This document shows, in pieces, positions 1-9,760 of a stretch of DNA of 32,000 nucleotides. The notes under the pieces are model-generated. The model made no database searches. It worked only from the letters and a program-made list of their open reading frames with translations, and was not told the DNA's origin. How positions within the stretch are numbered: the first letter of the stretch is position 1; each line of letters begins with the position of its first letter. The translations under genes were made by a program, and so were the position numbers. The stretch comes from Acidothermus cellulolyticus 11B (GTDB taxonomy: Bacteria; Actinomycetota; Actinomycetes; Acidothermales; Acidothermaceae), in assembly GCF_000015025.1 (NCBI RefSeq), contig NC_008578.1, positions 1,050,001 through 1,082,000 of the forward strand. Reading direction: 5' to 3'.

Positions 1-96
1 CCGGGCCGGATATAGCGGCCGCGCCGGACTGCGGAGCCTCTGGCAATGTGCGACGATGGAATGCGTTCAGACGACGCAGCGGAGGGCAGTGGACAG

Positions 97-447
97 ATGA
101 CGGTACGCAGTGAGGCTACAGCGCAGGGGGTCATCCTTACCGACAAGGCGGCGGCGAAGGTGCGCGCCCTGCTCGAGCAGGAGGGTCGCACCGATCTCTC
201 GCTCCGGGTCGCCGTCCAGCCCGGTGGCTGCTCGGGATTGCGTTACCAGCTGTACTTCGACGATCGCAGCATCGAGGGCGATCTCGTGCAGGAATTCGGC
301 GGCGTGAACGTGGTGGTCGACCGGATGAGCGCGCCGTACCTCGCCGGGGCGACGATTGATTTCGTCGACACCATCGAGAAGCAGGGCTTCACCATCGACA
401 ATCCCAACGCCACCGGCTCCTGCGCGTGCGGCGACTCCTTCCACTGA
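97..447 (+). CDS. erpA: HesB/IscA-family iron-sulfur cluster insertion protein (ErpA-like)
   Basis: Typical HesB fold sequence (LRVAVQPGGCSGLRYQLYFDD) and the C-terminal CxC motif (GSCACGDSFH). I chose the ATG at 97 because GGAGGG lies about 10 nt upstream. The ORF stays open back to 46. Confidence 0.85.
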   Translation: MTVRSEATAQGVILTDKAAAKVRALLEQEGRTDLSLRVAVQPGGCSGLRYQLYFDDRSIEGDLVQEFGGVNVVVDRMSAPYLAGATIDFVDTIEKQGFTIDNPNATGSCACGDSFH

Positions 448-602
448 TCGTTTTCTGCTGACCGGCGCGGACCGGGGCGGGCGACGGTCCGGGGCGGTCG
501 TGGGCGCTCGGTGCCGTCGGGCGGTGAGGCGGGTCTGTATCATCGCTGCCGCGGCTGGAGAACGGCGGCGTTTCCGGTCGGCACGTCGGTGCCGCAAGAG
601 GA

Positions 603-1628
603 GTGACGGTGCGGATCGCGGTCACCGGCTCCATTGCGACCGACCAATTGATGTTCTATCCCGGTCGGTTCACCGATGACTTCATTGCCGATCACTTTGA
701 ACGGGTCTCTGTCTCGTTCCTCGTCGACCGGATGGAAATTCGCCGGGGCGGCGTGGCGGCGAACATTTGCTATGGCATGGCCGCCCTCGGGCTGCGACCT
801 GCGCTCGTGGGGGCGGCCGGCGCTGATTTCGCTGACTACCGGTCGTGGCTTGACCGGCACGGCGTTGACACCGCATCCGTGCACGTGTTCGAGCTGTTCC
901 ACACCGCTCGGTTCATGTGCACGACGGACGCTGCGCAGAATCAGATCGCGTCGTTCTACCCGGGTGCGATGACGCAAGCGCGCACGATCGAGCTTGCTCC
1001 GGTGGCGGAGCGGCTCGGCGGACTCGACTGGGTGGTCATCAGCCCGAATGATCCCGAGGCGATGCAGCGGCACACGGCGGAGTGCCGGAATCGGGGATAC
1101 CGGTTCGTTGCGGATCCCTCCCAGCAGGTGGCCAACATGGACGGCGCCGAGCTCCGGGAGCTCGTCACCGGTGCGGCGCTCTTGTTCTGCAATGCGTACG
1201 AGAAGGCGCTGCTGGAGCGGAAGACGGGCTGGACCGATGCCGAGGTGCTCCACCGGGTCGGCGTCCGCGTCACCACCCTCGGCGCGCACGGTGCCGTCGT
1301 CGAATCCCCGGACGCGCCCCCGATCCGGGTGCCGGCTGTGCCGCCGCACGAGCTCGTCGACCCGACCGGCGTCGGTGATGCGTTCCGCGCCGGTTTCCTG
1401 TCCGGGATGTGCTGGGGGTTGGGTTGGGAGCGCTGCGCGCAACTCGGTTCGCTGCTTGCGACGTACGCCTTGGAGACGGTGGGCACGCAGGAGTACGAGG
1501 TCAAACCTGAGCACTTCATCGACCGATTCGCGGCGGCGTTCGGGCCGGCTGCGGCCGCGGAGGTCGCACCCCGGCTGGGCGTCACCGACCCGGACAGCGG
1601 CGGGCCGGCCGGCGGGAGGCAGCGGTAG
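603..1628 (+). CDS. adoK: PfkB-family carbohydrate kinase, adenosine kinase type (Rv2202c-like)
   Basis: The N-terminus RIAVTGSIATDQLM, FYPGAM, and DPTGVGDAFRAGF (PfkB signature 2) closely resemble mycobacterial AdoK as I recall it. Start is either GTG 603 or GTG 609. GAGGAG at 598-603 favours 609. Confidence 0.85.
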   Translation: MTVRIAVTGSIATDQLMFYPGRFTDDFIADHFERVSVSFLVDRMEIRRGGVAANICYGMAALGLRPALVGAAGADFADYRSWLDRHGVDTASVHVFELFHTARFMCTTDAAQNQIASFYPGAMTQARTIELAPVAERLGGLDWVVISPNDPEAMQRHTAECRNRGYRFVADPSQQVANMDGAELRELVTGAALLFCNAYEKALLERKTGWTDAEVLHRVGVRVTTLGAHGAVVESPDAPPIRVPAVPPHELVDPTGVGDAFRAGFLSGMCWGLGWERCAQLGSLLATYALETVGTQEYEVKPEHFIDRFAAAFGPAAAAEVAPRLGVTDPDSGGPAGGRQR

Positions 1629-1844
1629 CTCCCGGCCTGGCGGTGCGATTGCTCGTCGGGCCGGTAGGACCGGCGTACCGAGCGGCATTGGACGACCTGC
1701 CGCAACAGGGTGCGCCCTGTCGCGGTTCCGCATCGTGCCGTGCAGTAGGGTCGAAGCGGCCTCGCATCGCGAGGCCCGGTCGGTTCACCGGTTGCTTCCG
1801 GAACGGCATGGGTCGGTATCTGGGACCAGACGGAAGGCCTCGAC

Positions 1845-2687
1845 GTGAGGGGTAGCGCACTGCCCGCAAGGCACGATGGCGGTACGGCGAAAACTGCCCA
1901 CCGGCGACGTTCGGTTGTTGTCCGCATTGGCCTGCTTGTCGCGCTGGTTGGGTTGACGAGCGGGTGCACGGCGAACGACCTGCCGAGGCTCGGCATGCCG
2001 ACACCGATCACCGCGCAGGCGCAACGGGTGTTGCGGCTCTGGCAAGGCGGTTGGGCGGCGGCGCTCTTTGTAGGCTGCATCGTCTGGGGGCTCATCATCT
2101 GGTGCGTTATCGCCTACCGCAAACGGGACGGCGCACAGGCTCCACAGACGACGTACAACGTGCCGATTGAGGTGCTCTACACGGTCGTCCCGGTCATCTT
2201 CGTCGCTGTTTTCTTCTACTTCACCGCCCGGGACGAGAACTACGTCACGAAGTTGTCAGCCCATCCCGACGTGACGGTCGAGGTCGTCGGCTACCAGTGG
2301 GATTGGCAGTTCAACTACTTGAGCGGGCCGCAACCCGATGCGCCGATTGTGGCTCAGGTGACCGGTGATGCTGCGCATGGACATCCGGCGACGCTTGAAC
2401 TGCCGGCCGGCGAGACGGTCCGGTTCAAGCTCGTCTCGCCGGACGTGATTCACGCCTTCTGGGTGCCGAATTTCCTGTTCAAGCGGGACGTCATTCCGGG
2501 TCGGATGAGCGAATTCGACGTCCATATCGACGCGGACAAGCAAGGCACCTACATCGGCCGGTGCACCGAGCTCTGCGGCCTCTACCACGACCAGATGATC
2601 TTCTATGTCAAGGTGGTGGATCCGGTGACATACCAGCATGACCTTGAGACGATGAAAGCGCAGTACGCCGCCGGAGGTGCGTCATGA
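1845..2687 (+). CDS. ctaC: Cytochrome c oxidase subunit II (aa3-type), lipoprotein
   Basis: CuA site HAFWVPNF...[12 protein letters not shown]. Lipobox LTSGC follows a hydrophobic N-terminus, and there are two TM segments. The stop overlaps the ctaD start (ATGA at 2684-2687). The GTG start at 1845 is uncertain. Confidence 0.93.
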   Translation: MRGSALPARHDGGTAKTAHRRRSVVVRIGLLVALVGLTSGCTANDLPRLGMPTPITAQAQRVLRLWQGGWAAALFVGCIVWGLIIWCVIAYRKRDGAQAPQTTYNVPIEVLYTVVPVIFVAVFFYFTARDENYVTKLSAHPDVTVEVVGYQWDWQFNYLSGPQPDAPIVAQVTGDAAHGHPATLELPAGETVRFKLVSPDVIHAFWVPNFLFKRDVIPGRMSEFDVHIDADKQGTYIGRCTELCGLYHDQMIFYVKVVDPVTYQHDLETMKAQYAAGGAS

Positions 2688-4396
2688 CCACCGTGGTGGA
2701 TCGCGTCGACGTTCAAGCGCGTCGAATCCAACGGGCGCAGCGGCGCGGGTCGGTGATTGTTAACTGGTTGACGACGACGGATCATAAACTGATCGGCCAG
2801 TTGTATTTGATCACGTCGTTTGGGTTCTTCATCATCGCGGGGATCATGGCGTTGTTGATGCGGGCGGAGTTGGCCCGGCCCGGGTTGCAGTTCTTGACGC
2901 CGGAGGAGTACAACCAGCTCTTCACCATGCACGGCACGCTCATGCTGCTGTTGTTCGCGACACCGCTGTTCGTCGGTTTTGCGAATGTCGTGATGCCGTT
3001 GCAGATCGGTGCGCCGGATGTGGCGTTTCCCCGGTTGAATTTGCTGAGCTACTACCTTTTCTTGTTCGGCGGGTTGATTACGGTTGGTGGTTTTCTCACA
3101 CCGGGTGGGGCGGCGGATTTCGGTTGGTACGCCTACACGCCGTTGTCGGACGTCGCCCACTCGCCGTCACTCGGCGGCGACATGTGGATCATGGGGTTGG
3201 TTGTTTCCGGCCTGGGGACGATCCTCGGTGGCGTGAATTTCATTACCACGATTCTGGTGATGCGGGCGCCGGGGATGACGATGTTCCGCATGCCGATCTT
3301 CACGTGGAATGTGCTCTTGACGAGTCTGCTGGTGCTGCTCGCGTTCCCGGTGTTGGCGGCGGCGTTGCTGGCGTTGGAGGCGGATCGCAAACTTGGTGCG
3401 CATATTTTCGATCCGGCCAACGGCGGCCCGATTCTCTGGCAGCACCTGTTCTGGTTCTTCGGCCATCCCGAGGTGTATATCATCGCGCTGCCGTTCTTCG
3501 GAATCATCACCGAGATCCTCCCGGTGTTCAGCCGGAAACCGGTCTTCGGCTACAAGGGGTTGGTGTTCGCGACCATTTCCATCGCCGGGCTGTCGATGAG
3601 TGTGTGGGCGCACCACATGTTCTCCACCGGCGCGGTGCTGCTGCCGTTCTTCTCGCTGATGACGTTCCTCATCGGGGTGCCGACCGGGGTGAAGTTCTTC
3701 AACTGGATCGGCACGATGTGGCGCGGTCAGCTCTCCTTCGACACCCCCCTGCTTTGGGCGCTCGGCTTTCTCGTGACGTTCCTCTTCGGCGGGCTGACCG
3801 GGATCATTCTCGCGTCACCGCCGTTGGATTTCCACGTCACCGACACGTATTTCGTGGTAGCGCACTTCCATTACGTGCTCTTCGGCACCGTGGTCTTCGC
3901 CATGTTCGGCGGGTTTTACTTCTGGTGGCCAAAGATGACCGGCAAGATGCTCGACGAACGGCTCGGCAAGATGCACTTCTGGACGCTGTTCATCGGCTTT
4001 CACACCACGTTCCTCGTGCAGCACTGGCTGGGTGTGGAAGGCATGCCCCGACGGATCGCCGACTACCTGCCCACCGAGGGGTTCACCACGCTGAACACCG
4101 TCTCGACCATCGGCTCGTTCCTCCTGGCGCTGTCGATGATCCCGTTCGGTATCAACGTGTGGCGGACCTGGCGGTACGCCCCCCACGTCGGCGTCGACGA
4201 CCCGTGGGGCTGGGGCGCCTCCCTGGAATGGGCGACCTCCTGCCCACCACCCCGGCACAACTTCCGCCGCCTGCCCCGCATCCGCTCCTTCCGCCCCGCC
4301 TTCGACCTCCACCACCCGGAGCTCTCGCTGGTTCCGGAGTACCGCCAGCGGATTCCGGTCACTGGGGGAACCGTGTCGGGAGGTGAGCAGGCGTGA
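2684..4396 (+). CDS. ctaD: Cytochrome c oxidase subunit I
   Basis: Heme-copper oxidase signatures [20 protein letters not shown] and VAHFHYV. About 12 TM helices. Confidence 0.97.
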   Translation: MTTVVDRVDVQARRIQRAQRRGSVIVNWLTTTDHKLIGQLYLITSFGFFIIAGIMALLMRAELARPGLQFLTPEEYNQLFTMHGTLMLLLFATPLFVGFANVVMPLQIGAPDVAFPRLNLLSYYLFLFGGLITVGGFLTPGGAADFGWYAYTPLSDVAHSPSLGGDMWIMGLVVSGLGTILGGVNFITTILVMRAPGMTMFRMPIFTWNVLLTSLLVLLAFPVLAAALLALEADRKLGAHIFDPANGGPILWQHLFWFFGHPEVYIIALPFFGIITEILPVFSRKPVFGYKGLVFATISIAGLSMSVWAHHMFSTGAVLLPFFSLMTFLIGVPTGVKFFNWIGTMWRGQLSFDTPLLWALGFLVTFLFGGLTGIILASPPLDFHVTDTYFVVAHFHYVLFGTVVFAMFGGFYFWWPKMTGKMLDERLGKMHFWTLFIGFHTTFLVQHWLGVEGMPRRIADYLPTEGFTTLNTVSTIGSFLLALSMIPFGINVWRTWRYAPHVGVDDPWGWGASLEWATSCPPPRHNFRRLPRIRSFRPAFDLHHPELSLVPEYRQRIPVTGGTVSGGEQA

Positions 4397-4791
4397 AGAC
4401 CGAGGGATTCCTCTTCGCCGGCTGGGCGGCTTTCTTTGCCATTGTGGACGTCGTCTACTGGTACACCTCACACGACCCAACGGGCACGACGGCGCTCGCG
4501 CTTACGGTAGGTCTGGCATTCCTGGTCGGCTTCTTCCTCTTCGTCACCGGTCGGCGAACCGGTCTTCGTCCGGAGGACCGTCCCGATGCCGAGATCTCCG
4601 AAGGTGCCGGCGAGTACGGCTTCTTCCCGGCCAACAGCTGGTGGCCGCTCTTCCTAGCTGGATCGAGCGCTATTGCCGCCCTTGGCGTGGTTTTCGCCTG
4701 GTGGCTGGTGATCGTCGGCATCATGCTGGTGCTGATCAGCGCCACGGGTTTCCTCATGGAGTATTACCGGGGCGTGCACACGCCACGGTAG
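4393..4791 (+). CDS. ctaF: Cytochrome c oxidase polypeptide 4 (actinobacterial CtaF)
   Basis: 132 aa and four hydrophobic helices. The conserved [21 protein letters not shown] block matches Rv2199c/CtaF as recalled. The GTG start overlaps the ctaD stop (GTGA). Confidence 0.88.
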   Translation: MKTEGFLFAGWAAFFAIVDVVYWYTSHDPTGTTALALTVGLAFLVGFFLFVTGRRTGLRPEDRPDAEISEGAGEYGFFPANSWWPLFLAGSSAIAALGVVFAWWLVIVGIMLVLISATGFLMEYYRGVHTPR

Positions 4792-4853
4792 ACGGCATCG
4801 GCTTGGTCGGTCGGCGCAGCCGCGCGCCGGCCGGTCGTTCCGCCGGCGGACCG

Positions 4854-5507
4854 CTACCGGCAACCGGAAATCGGCCGGGCAACAGGCCCGTTCTGGGATG
4901 AGCGGCGGTGCTTGGGCGTTGACATCGGGCGACGCCGCCGATCCATGACGGCCACCCAGCCGGCTCCGGCGAGCAGAGCGGTGGTCAGCGCAAGGTGGGC
5001 TACGTCGCCGCGACGCCACCGGTACTGCGGGAGCCCGACCCAGGGTACCCGGAGCCGCGGCAGGCCCAGAACATTTCCGGGCGGCACAGGGGTCGAATCC
5101 GGGTGCGCGTTGGCGTCGCCCCGGGTTATGAAGCCGCCGCCATTAGTGCGGCGAACAACTCGGTGGACGTCGACGCGGCCCGGCATGGCGGGGTCGCGGA
5201 ACACGATCGCCTGGCCCGGCCGGATCTCGGACGGCCGTACCGGCGCGTACAGGACAACATCGCCGGGTGTGAGGGCGGGCCGCATGGAGCCGGAGAGCAC
5301 CACGCTGCCGTGCCAGCCGACGAGCAGCGGAACAACAGCCCAGATCATCAAACTGAGCACGGTCGTGACCAGGCCGACAACGCTCCCGCGGAGCAGCAGC
5401 CAGCCGACCCGGATGGGCGTGCCGGCCGGCCGGGTGCCGAAGCGCCGGAGGAGTCCGGCGCCCGGCTCGCTGAGACCGGGCCGCACGATCTCGGTCTGGA
5501 CGCTCAT
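4854..5507 (-). CDS. Signal peptidase I, archaeal/ER (SipW/Sec11) type
   Basis: Catalytic Ser box SGSMRPAL, His box VDVHRVV, and ITRGDANAHPDS (the GDxNxxxD box). It has an N-terminal TM segment and a C-terminal TM anchor (LALTTALLAGAGWVAV). I chose the ATG at 5507. The ORF is open to 5918 but that extension is Arg/Pro-rich and overlaps the divergent gene. Confidence 0.85.
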   Translation of the reverse strand: MSVQTEIVRPGLSEPGAGLLRRFGTRPAGTPIRVGWLLLRGSVVGLVTTVLSLMIWAVVPLLVGWHGSVVLSGSMRPALTPGDVVLYAPVRPSEIRPGQAIVFRDPAMPGRVDVHRVVRRTNGGGFITRGDANAHPDSTPVPPGNVLGLPRLRVPWVGLPQYRWRRGDVAHLALTTALLAGAGWVAVMDRRRRPMSTPKHRRSSQNGPVARPISGCR

Positions 5508-5586
5508 CGCCGTTCCATCGACCGCCGGGCCGGGCAGATGAGCATGCCGGACCGGGCAGAGAGCGCGCCGCGCTCGGGAGCTAAGC

Positions 5587-6936
5587 ATGCCGGACCGCCC
5601 GCCCCGGGTTGGGCCGCCCGGCTGCGGCTCAGGTAACGGACGAACGCTCCGATGGGGACGTGTGAGCCTTGCGTCCGAGCCGCCGCGGTCGGTGACGCTG
5701 ATCCTGCGTGCCCGGGGTCGGTTCCGGCTGAGCCGTCCTCGACCGGCCCTTCTGATCCTCGCCGCTGGTGTCGTGCTGCTCGAGTTGATTCTCAGCGGCA
5801 CGATGGGGTCGGCGTACTCGGTCTTCTCGGCCACGACGACGAACAGCGCGAATTCTTTCTCGGCGGCGTCGGTGTTTCCGCCCAACGGCGCCTTGTACAG
5901 CGTAGGAGCAAACGCCAACGGGCAGCTCGGGCTCGGGGATACGTCGGTGCACTACAGTCCCGTGCAGGTTGGCACGTCGCAGTGGAAGCAGGTGGGCGGT
6001 GGAGCCCGGCACGCCTGCGGGGTCAGGAGCGACAACAGCCTGTGGTGCTGGGGATCGAACGCCACCGGGCAGCTCGGCATCGGCAACAACACCGACCAGT
6101 ACTCGCCTGTTCAGCCGCAGACCAACACCAACTTCTCGATGGCGGTGGGCGGCGACGATTTCAGCTGCGCGATCCGCGGCGACGGAACGCTCTGGTGTTG
6201 GGGCGGCAACGGCAATGGGCAGCTCGGAACCGGCGACACCACAAGCCGGCTCCAGCCGGTGCAGATCGGCACCGCAACGTGGACGACGGTGACCGCGGGG
6301 CTCTACCATGCCTGCGGAATCCAGACCGACGGGAGTCTCTGGTGCTGGGGGGCCAACGGCAGCGGCCAACTCGGTCTCGGGAGCAACAGTCCATCGTCGT
6401 ATCTCACGCCCACCCGGGTCGGGACAGCGACGACGTGGACCAGTGTCGCCGCCGGATATCTGAGCACCTGCGCGACGAAGAGCGACGGCACGCTGTGGTG
6501 CTGGGGAGACAACACCCACGGCCAGCTCGGGATCGGTAACACGCTGCCGCAGTACAGTCCCACGCAGGTGAGCGGCACGAGCTGGGTGACGGTCTCCGCC
6601 GGTCAGTACACCGCCTGCGCCATCCGCACCAACGGCACATTGTGGTGCTGGGGGGAGAACAGCAACGGCGAGGTGGGCATCGGCAACACCAATACGCCGC
6701 AGTTGACGCCGCAGCAGGTGACGACAGCGACGAACTGGAACACCGTCTCACTGGGGTATCAGCACACCTGCGCGACCCGCAGCGACGGGACCGGTTGGTG
6801 CTGGGGCAACAACACCAACGGACAGCTCGGTCAAGGCAATACCACCCAGCAGACCTTGCCGGTTCAATTACCGTTCGCGACCGTGCAGGCGGTCTTCTCC
6901 GGCTCGCAATCCAACAGCACGTACATCATCAAATAA
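5587..6936 (+). CDS. Secreted RCC1-repeat seven-blade beta-propeller protein with SipW-cognate (TasA/camelysin-like) signal peptide
   Basis: Seven units of about 50 aa built on the pattern LWCWGxNxxGQLGxGxxxxxxxPxQV. The N-terminus has a basic region, a hydrophobic core (PALLILAAGVVLLELIL) and then SGTMGSAYSVFSATTTNSANSFSAAS. ATG 5587 has GGGAG 6 nt upstream. GTG 5662 is an alternative start. Confidence 0.85.
   Translation: MPDRPPRVGPPGCGSGNGRTLRWGRVSLASEPPRSVTLILRARGRFRLSRPRPALLILAAGVVLLELILSGTMGSAYSVFSATTTNSANSFSAASVFPPNGALYSVGANANGQLGLGDTSVHYSPVQVGTSQWKQVGGGARHACGVRSDNSLWCWGSNATGQLGIGNNTDQYSPVQPQTNTNFSMAVGGDDFSCAIRGDGTLWCWGGNGNGQLGTGDTTSRLQPVQIGTATWTTVTAGLYHACGIQTDGSLWCWGANGSGQLGLGSNSPSSYLTPTRVGTATTWTSVAAGYLSTCATKSDGTLWCWGDNTHGQLGIGNTLPQYSPTQVSGTSWVTVSAGQYTACAIRTNGTLWCWGENSNGEVGIGNTNTPQLTPQQVTTATNWNTVSLGYQHTCATRSDGTGWCWGNNTNGQLGQGNTTQQTLPVQLPFATVQAVFSGSQSNSTYIIK
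5887..6933 (+). repeat. Seven tandem repeats of about 150 nt encoding the RCC1 blades
   Basis: A recurrent CTSTGGTGCTGGGG...GGSCAGCTCGG core occurs near 6041, 6190, 6337, 6493, 6640 and 6794, plus a first degenerate unit. Confidence 0.8.
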
Positions 6937-7064
6937 CACCGACGGCAAACCCCCGCAAGGACGGCGGTGTCAGCGGCCGCGGCAAGCGCGGCACGCCGAG
7001 TGTCACGCGGCACAGCCCATCGCCGTATGGGTAGGGGCAGACTCGCAAGCGATTTGCGTGGCGT

Positions 7065-8771
7065 CTAGTGCCCGCCCGGCTGGCCCTCCGTTCCGCCGGG
7101 CCGACCGTCGCCGGGCGTCGCCGCGTCCTGTGGCACCAGCTCGTGGCCGATTTCGCGTGCTTCCGGTAGTTCCGGCTCGTACCAGACCGTGCCCAACGCC
7201 CGGCGCACTTTCAGCAGCGGATTCCGGGTGTGCGGCGCGCGCACCCCGTGTTCGTCAACCGGCGGCGGCAACTCCGGTGCCGGGCCCTGCCGGTACTCCA
7301 ATCCCATCCGCGCGACCGCGTCGTCCGGAAGTTCCTGCTCGACTTCGATGAACTCCCCGTGCGGGAGCATGACGATCCGCCCGGTCTCGTACCCGTGGTG
7401 CGCCGTGCGCAGGTCATGCCGCTGGAGACCGAGGCAGATCCGCCGCGTCACAAAGAAAGCCAACGGGGGTACGACAAGAAACGCGATGCGGAAAATCCAC
7501 GTCGTCGTGTACAGGCTGATGTCGAAATGCACGGAGATGAGGTCGTTGGCGCCGGCGAGGAGCATGATGGCGAAGTACGAAATCATCATGACCCCGAGAG
7601 CGGTGCGGCCGGGCCGGTTCCGCGGTCGGTCGCAGATGTTGTGAATCTCGCGGTCCCCGGTGACCCACGCCTCCAAGGCCGGATACACCGCCATCGCGGT
7701 GAAGAACAAGCCCGGAATGAGCACCGCCGGAACGAAGACGTTCCAGCTGATGGTATGGCCTGCGATATTTGTCTCCGGGTTAGGCATCATGCGCAACGCG
7801 CCTTCGAGCCACCCGATGTAAAAGTCCGGCTGCGAACCCGCGGAGACCTGTGTCGGATCGTACGGCCCGTACAACCAGACCGGGTTGATTTGGAAGAAGG
7901 CGGCGAGCAGCACGGTAACGGCGAAAACCGCGAAGAAGAAGCCGCCGGTCTTCACCATGAACGCGGGGTAGAACGGCGCCCCGACGACATTGTCGTTGCT
8001 GCGGTGCTTACCCGGCCACTGCGTGTGCTTCTGATGCCACATGATCATCATGTGTGCGGAAATCAGGGCAAGCAGCAAGCCGGGGATGAGCAGGATGTGT
8101 ACCACGTAGAGGCGAGGAATGAGTTCGGTGCCGGGAAACTGCCCGCCGAAGACGAACGCAGCGACGTAGGTGCCGACGATGGGAATCGATTCGGCTACTC
8201 CGTAGGCGATGCGCAGACCGGTTCCGGAGAGGAGGTCGTCGGGGAGCGAGTAGCCGGCGAATCCTTCCAGCAACGCCAAGGTCATCAGCGTGAAGCCGAT
8301 GAGCCAGTTCGTCTCACGCGGCCGTCGGAACGCTCCGGTGAAGAAAACCCGGCACATGTGGGCGATGATGGCCGCGACAAAGAGCAGCGCCGCCCAGTGG
8401 TGAATCTGGCGGACGAGCAGGCCGCCTCGCACATCGAACGACAGATGCAGGGTCGAGTTGAATGCCTCCGTCATCTTGATGCCGCGAAGCGGCGCGTAGG
8501 AGCCGTTGTAGACGACCTCCTGCGAGCTCGGGTGGAAGAACAATGTGAGGAATGTGCCGGAGAGGAGCAGGATGACGAACGAATAGAGCGCGATCTCCCC
8601 GAGCATGAACGACCAGTGGTCCGGAAAAACCTTGTTCAACGTGCGGCGGAGGAATGTCGCCGCACCGAAGCGTTCGTCGACCTCGGCCAACGCCCTCCGG
8701 ACCTGAGCAGGCGCCCGCCGTCCGTTCACGCTGGCGTGCCCGTCGGCTGTCGGCCGGTATTCGCTGGTCAT
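7065..8771 (-). CDS. qcrB: Cytochrome bc1 complex, cytochrome b subunit
   Basis: N-terminus FLRRTLNKVFPDHWSFMLGEIALYSF with multiple TM helices and heme-ligand His residues (QIHHWAALLF, VVHILLIPG). It has the long actinobacterial C-terminal extension. The ATG overlaps the qcrA stop (ATGA). Confidence 0.96.
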   Translation of the reverse strand: MTSEYRPTADGHASVNGRRAPAQVRRALAEVDERFGAATFLRRTLNKVFPDHWSFMLGEIALYSFVILLLSGTFLTLFFHPSSQEVVYNGSYAPLRGIKMTEAFNSTLHLSFDVRGGLLVRQIHHWAALLFVAAIIAHMCRVFFTGAFRRPRETNWLIGFTLMTLALLEGFAGYSLPDDLLSGTGLRIAYGVAESIPIVGTYVAAFVFGGQFPGTELIPRLYVVHILLIPGLLLALISAHMMIMWHQKHTQWPGKHRSNDNVVGAPFYPAFMVKTGGFFFAVFAVTVLLAAFFQINPVWLYGPYDPTQVSAGSQPDFYIGWLEGALRMMPNPETNIAGHTISWNVFVPAVLIPGLFFTAMAVYPALEAWVTGDREIHNICDRPRNRPGRTALGVMMISYFAIMLLAGANDLISVHFDISLYTTTWIFRIAFLVVPPLAFFVTRRICLGLQRHDLRTAHHGYETGRIVMLPHGEFIEVEQELPDDAVARMGLEYRQGPAPELPPPVDEHGVRAPHTRNPLLKVRRALGTVWYEPELPEAREIGHELVPQDAATPGDGRPGGTEGQPGGH

Positions 8772-9760
8772 CCTCGCTCCCAGAAACTCGGACCGACCGG
8801 TTCATCGAACCCCGCGGTGGCGTAGAACTCGCCGGTGTCGGGGTGCACGGAAATCGGCAGTTGGGGCAGCCGGCGTGCCGCCGGGCCGAAGATGACCTTG
8901 GCGCCGTCCGGCACGTCGAATGTCGATTGGTGGCACGGGCAGAGCAGTTGCTGCACTTGCTTCTCGTACAGGGTGAGCGGGCATCCGACGTGGGTGCAGA
9001 TTTTCGAGTACGCGACGTGATCCTGGTAGGCCCAGTTCTCGCGCCCAGGCAACGGCTTGTTGGTGCCGGGGCGCAGCCGGATCAGCACCACGGCGGATTT
9101 CGCCAGGTCTTCCTCGGAGAGTTGCTCGCGCGGCAGCGGCAGCACCGTGGTGAACCCACCGACCTCCAGGTCGCCGAGTTTCACGGGACGTCCGGTCTCG
9201 GCGTTGTAGAGCAGAGATCCCTTCTGCCACGGGGTGGTACGGAGGCCGGTGCGCGGCAATGGGCCAAGGTCGCGGAGCATAACGATGGGCGGCAGGGCAA
9301 GAAGCCCCGCCGCAAGCCCTAACGTCCGCTTGAGCAACGACCGCCGGGGCAGTCCGGTCTCGCGGAAGCCCGTCATCACGATGTCCGCGGCGGCGGCGAC
9401 ATCCCGCTCCGGGGAGGCGAGACTGTGGCGCTCCTCAACCGTCTCGTGCGCGGGCATGAGCCAACGGACCCACCCGATGAGGCCGAACGCCAGGCCGGCG
9501 AGGGCGACGCCGAGGCTGGCCCCGAGCCACCGGTTCGACGTCCCCGCACTTCCCGTGCTGTGCGGGACGAACGCCACGTATGCCGCGATGAAACCGGCGG
9601 TGCCGACGGCCGAGAGGAGGAAGGACAGCGCCACGATCCGTTCCGCGCGTTTCGCGCGGCGGGGATCGGCGTCCTGTGGCCGTATCACCCGCTCGATGAC
9701 CCGCGGGCGGATATCCTCGCGCGGCGTTGGACGATTCTCGTGAATCTGCTGGTCGGTCAT
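8768..9760 (-). CDS. qcrA: Cytochrome bc1 complex, Rieske iron-sulfur subunit
   Basis: Rieske boxes CTHVGCP and CPCHQSTF with N-terminal TM helices. The ATG at 9760 forms an ATGA overlap with the qcrC stop. The ORF is open to 9829. Confidence 0.93.
   Translation of the reverse strand: MTDQQIHENRPTPREDIRPRVIERVIRPQDADPRRAKRAERIVALSFLLSAVGTAGFIAAYVAFVPHSTGSAGTSNRWLGASLGVALAGLAFGLIGWVRWLMPAHETVEERHSLASPERDVAAAADIVMTGFRETGLPRRSLLKRTLGLAAGLLALPPIVMLRDLGPLPRTGLRTTPWQKGSLLYNAETGRPVKLGDLEVGGFTTVLPLPREQLSEEDLAKSAVVLIRLRPGTNKPLPGRENWAYQDHVAYSKICTHVGCPLTLYEKQVQQLLCPCHQSTFDVPDGAKVIFGPAARRLPQLPISVHPDTGEFYATAGFDEPVGPSFWERG

Noticed and set aside
540-4480. Long overlapping ORFs in other frames or antisense to adoK, ctaC and ctaD (for example 540..1733 -, 956..2098 -, 994..1848 +, 3124..4386 +, 3815..4480 -).
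   Set aside because: These are typical high-GC artefacts. Their translations are Arg/Pro/Ala/Gly-rich with no motifs, and each is fully nested in or opposite a gene with unmistakable family signatures.
4792-7064. Intrinsic terminators in the convergent gaps ctaF/peptidase (4825-4848) and RCC1/qcrB (6937-6992).
   Set aside because: Only short (6-7 bp) or bulged stems are present, without U tracts. They are too weak to call as features.
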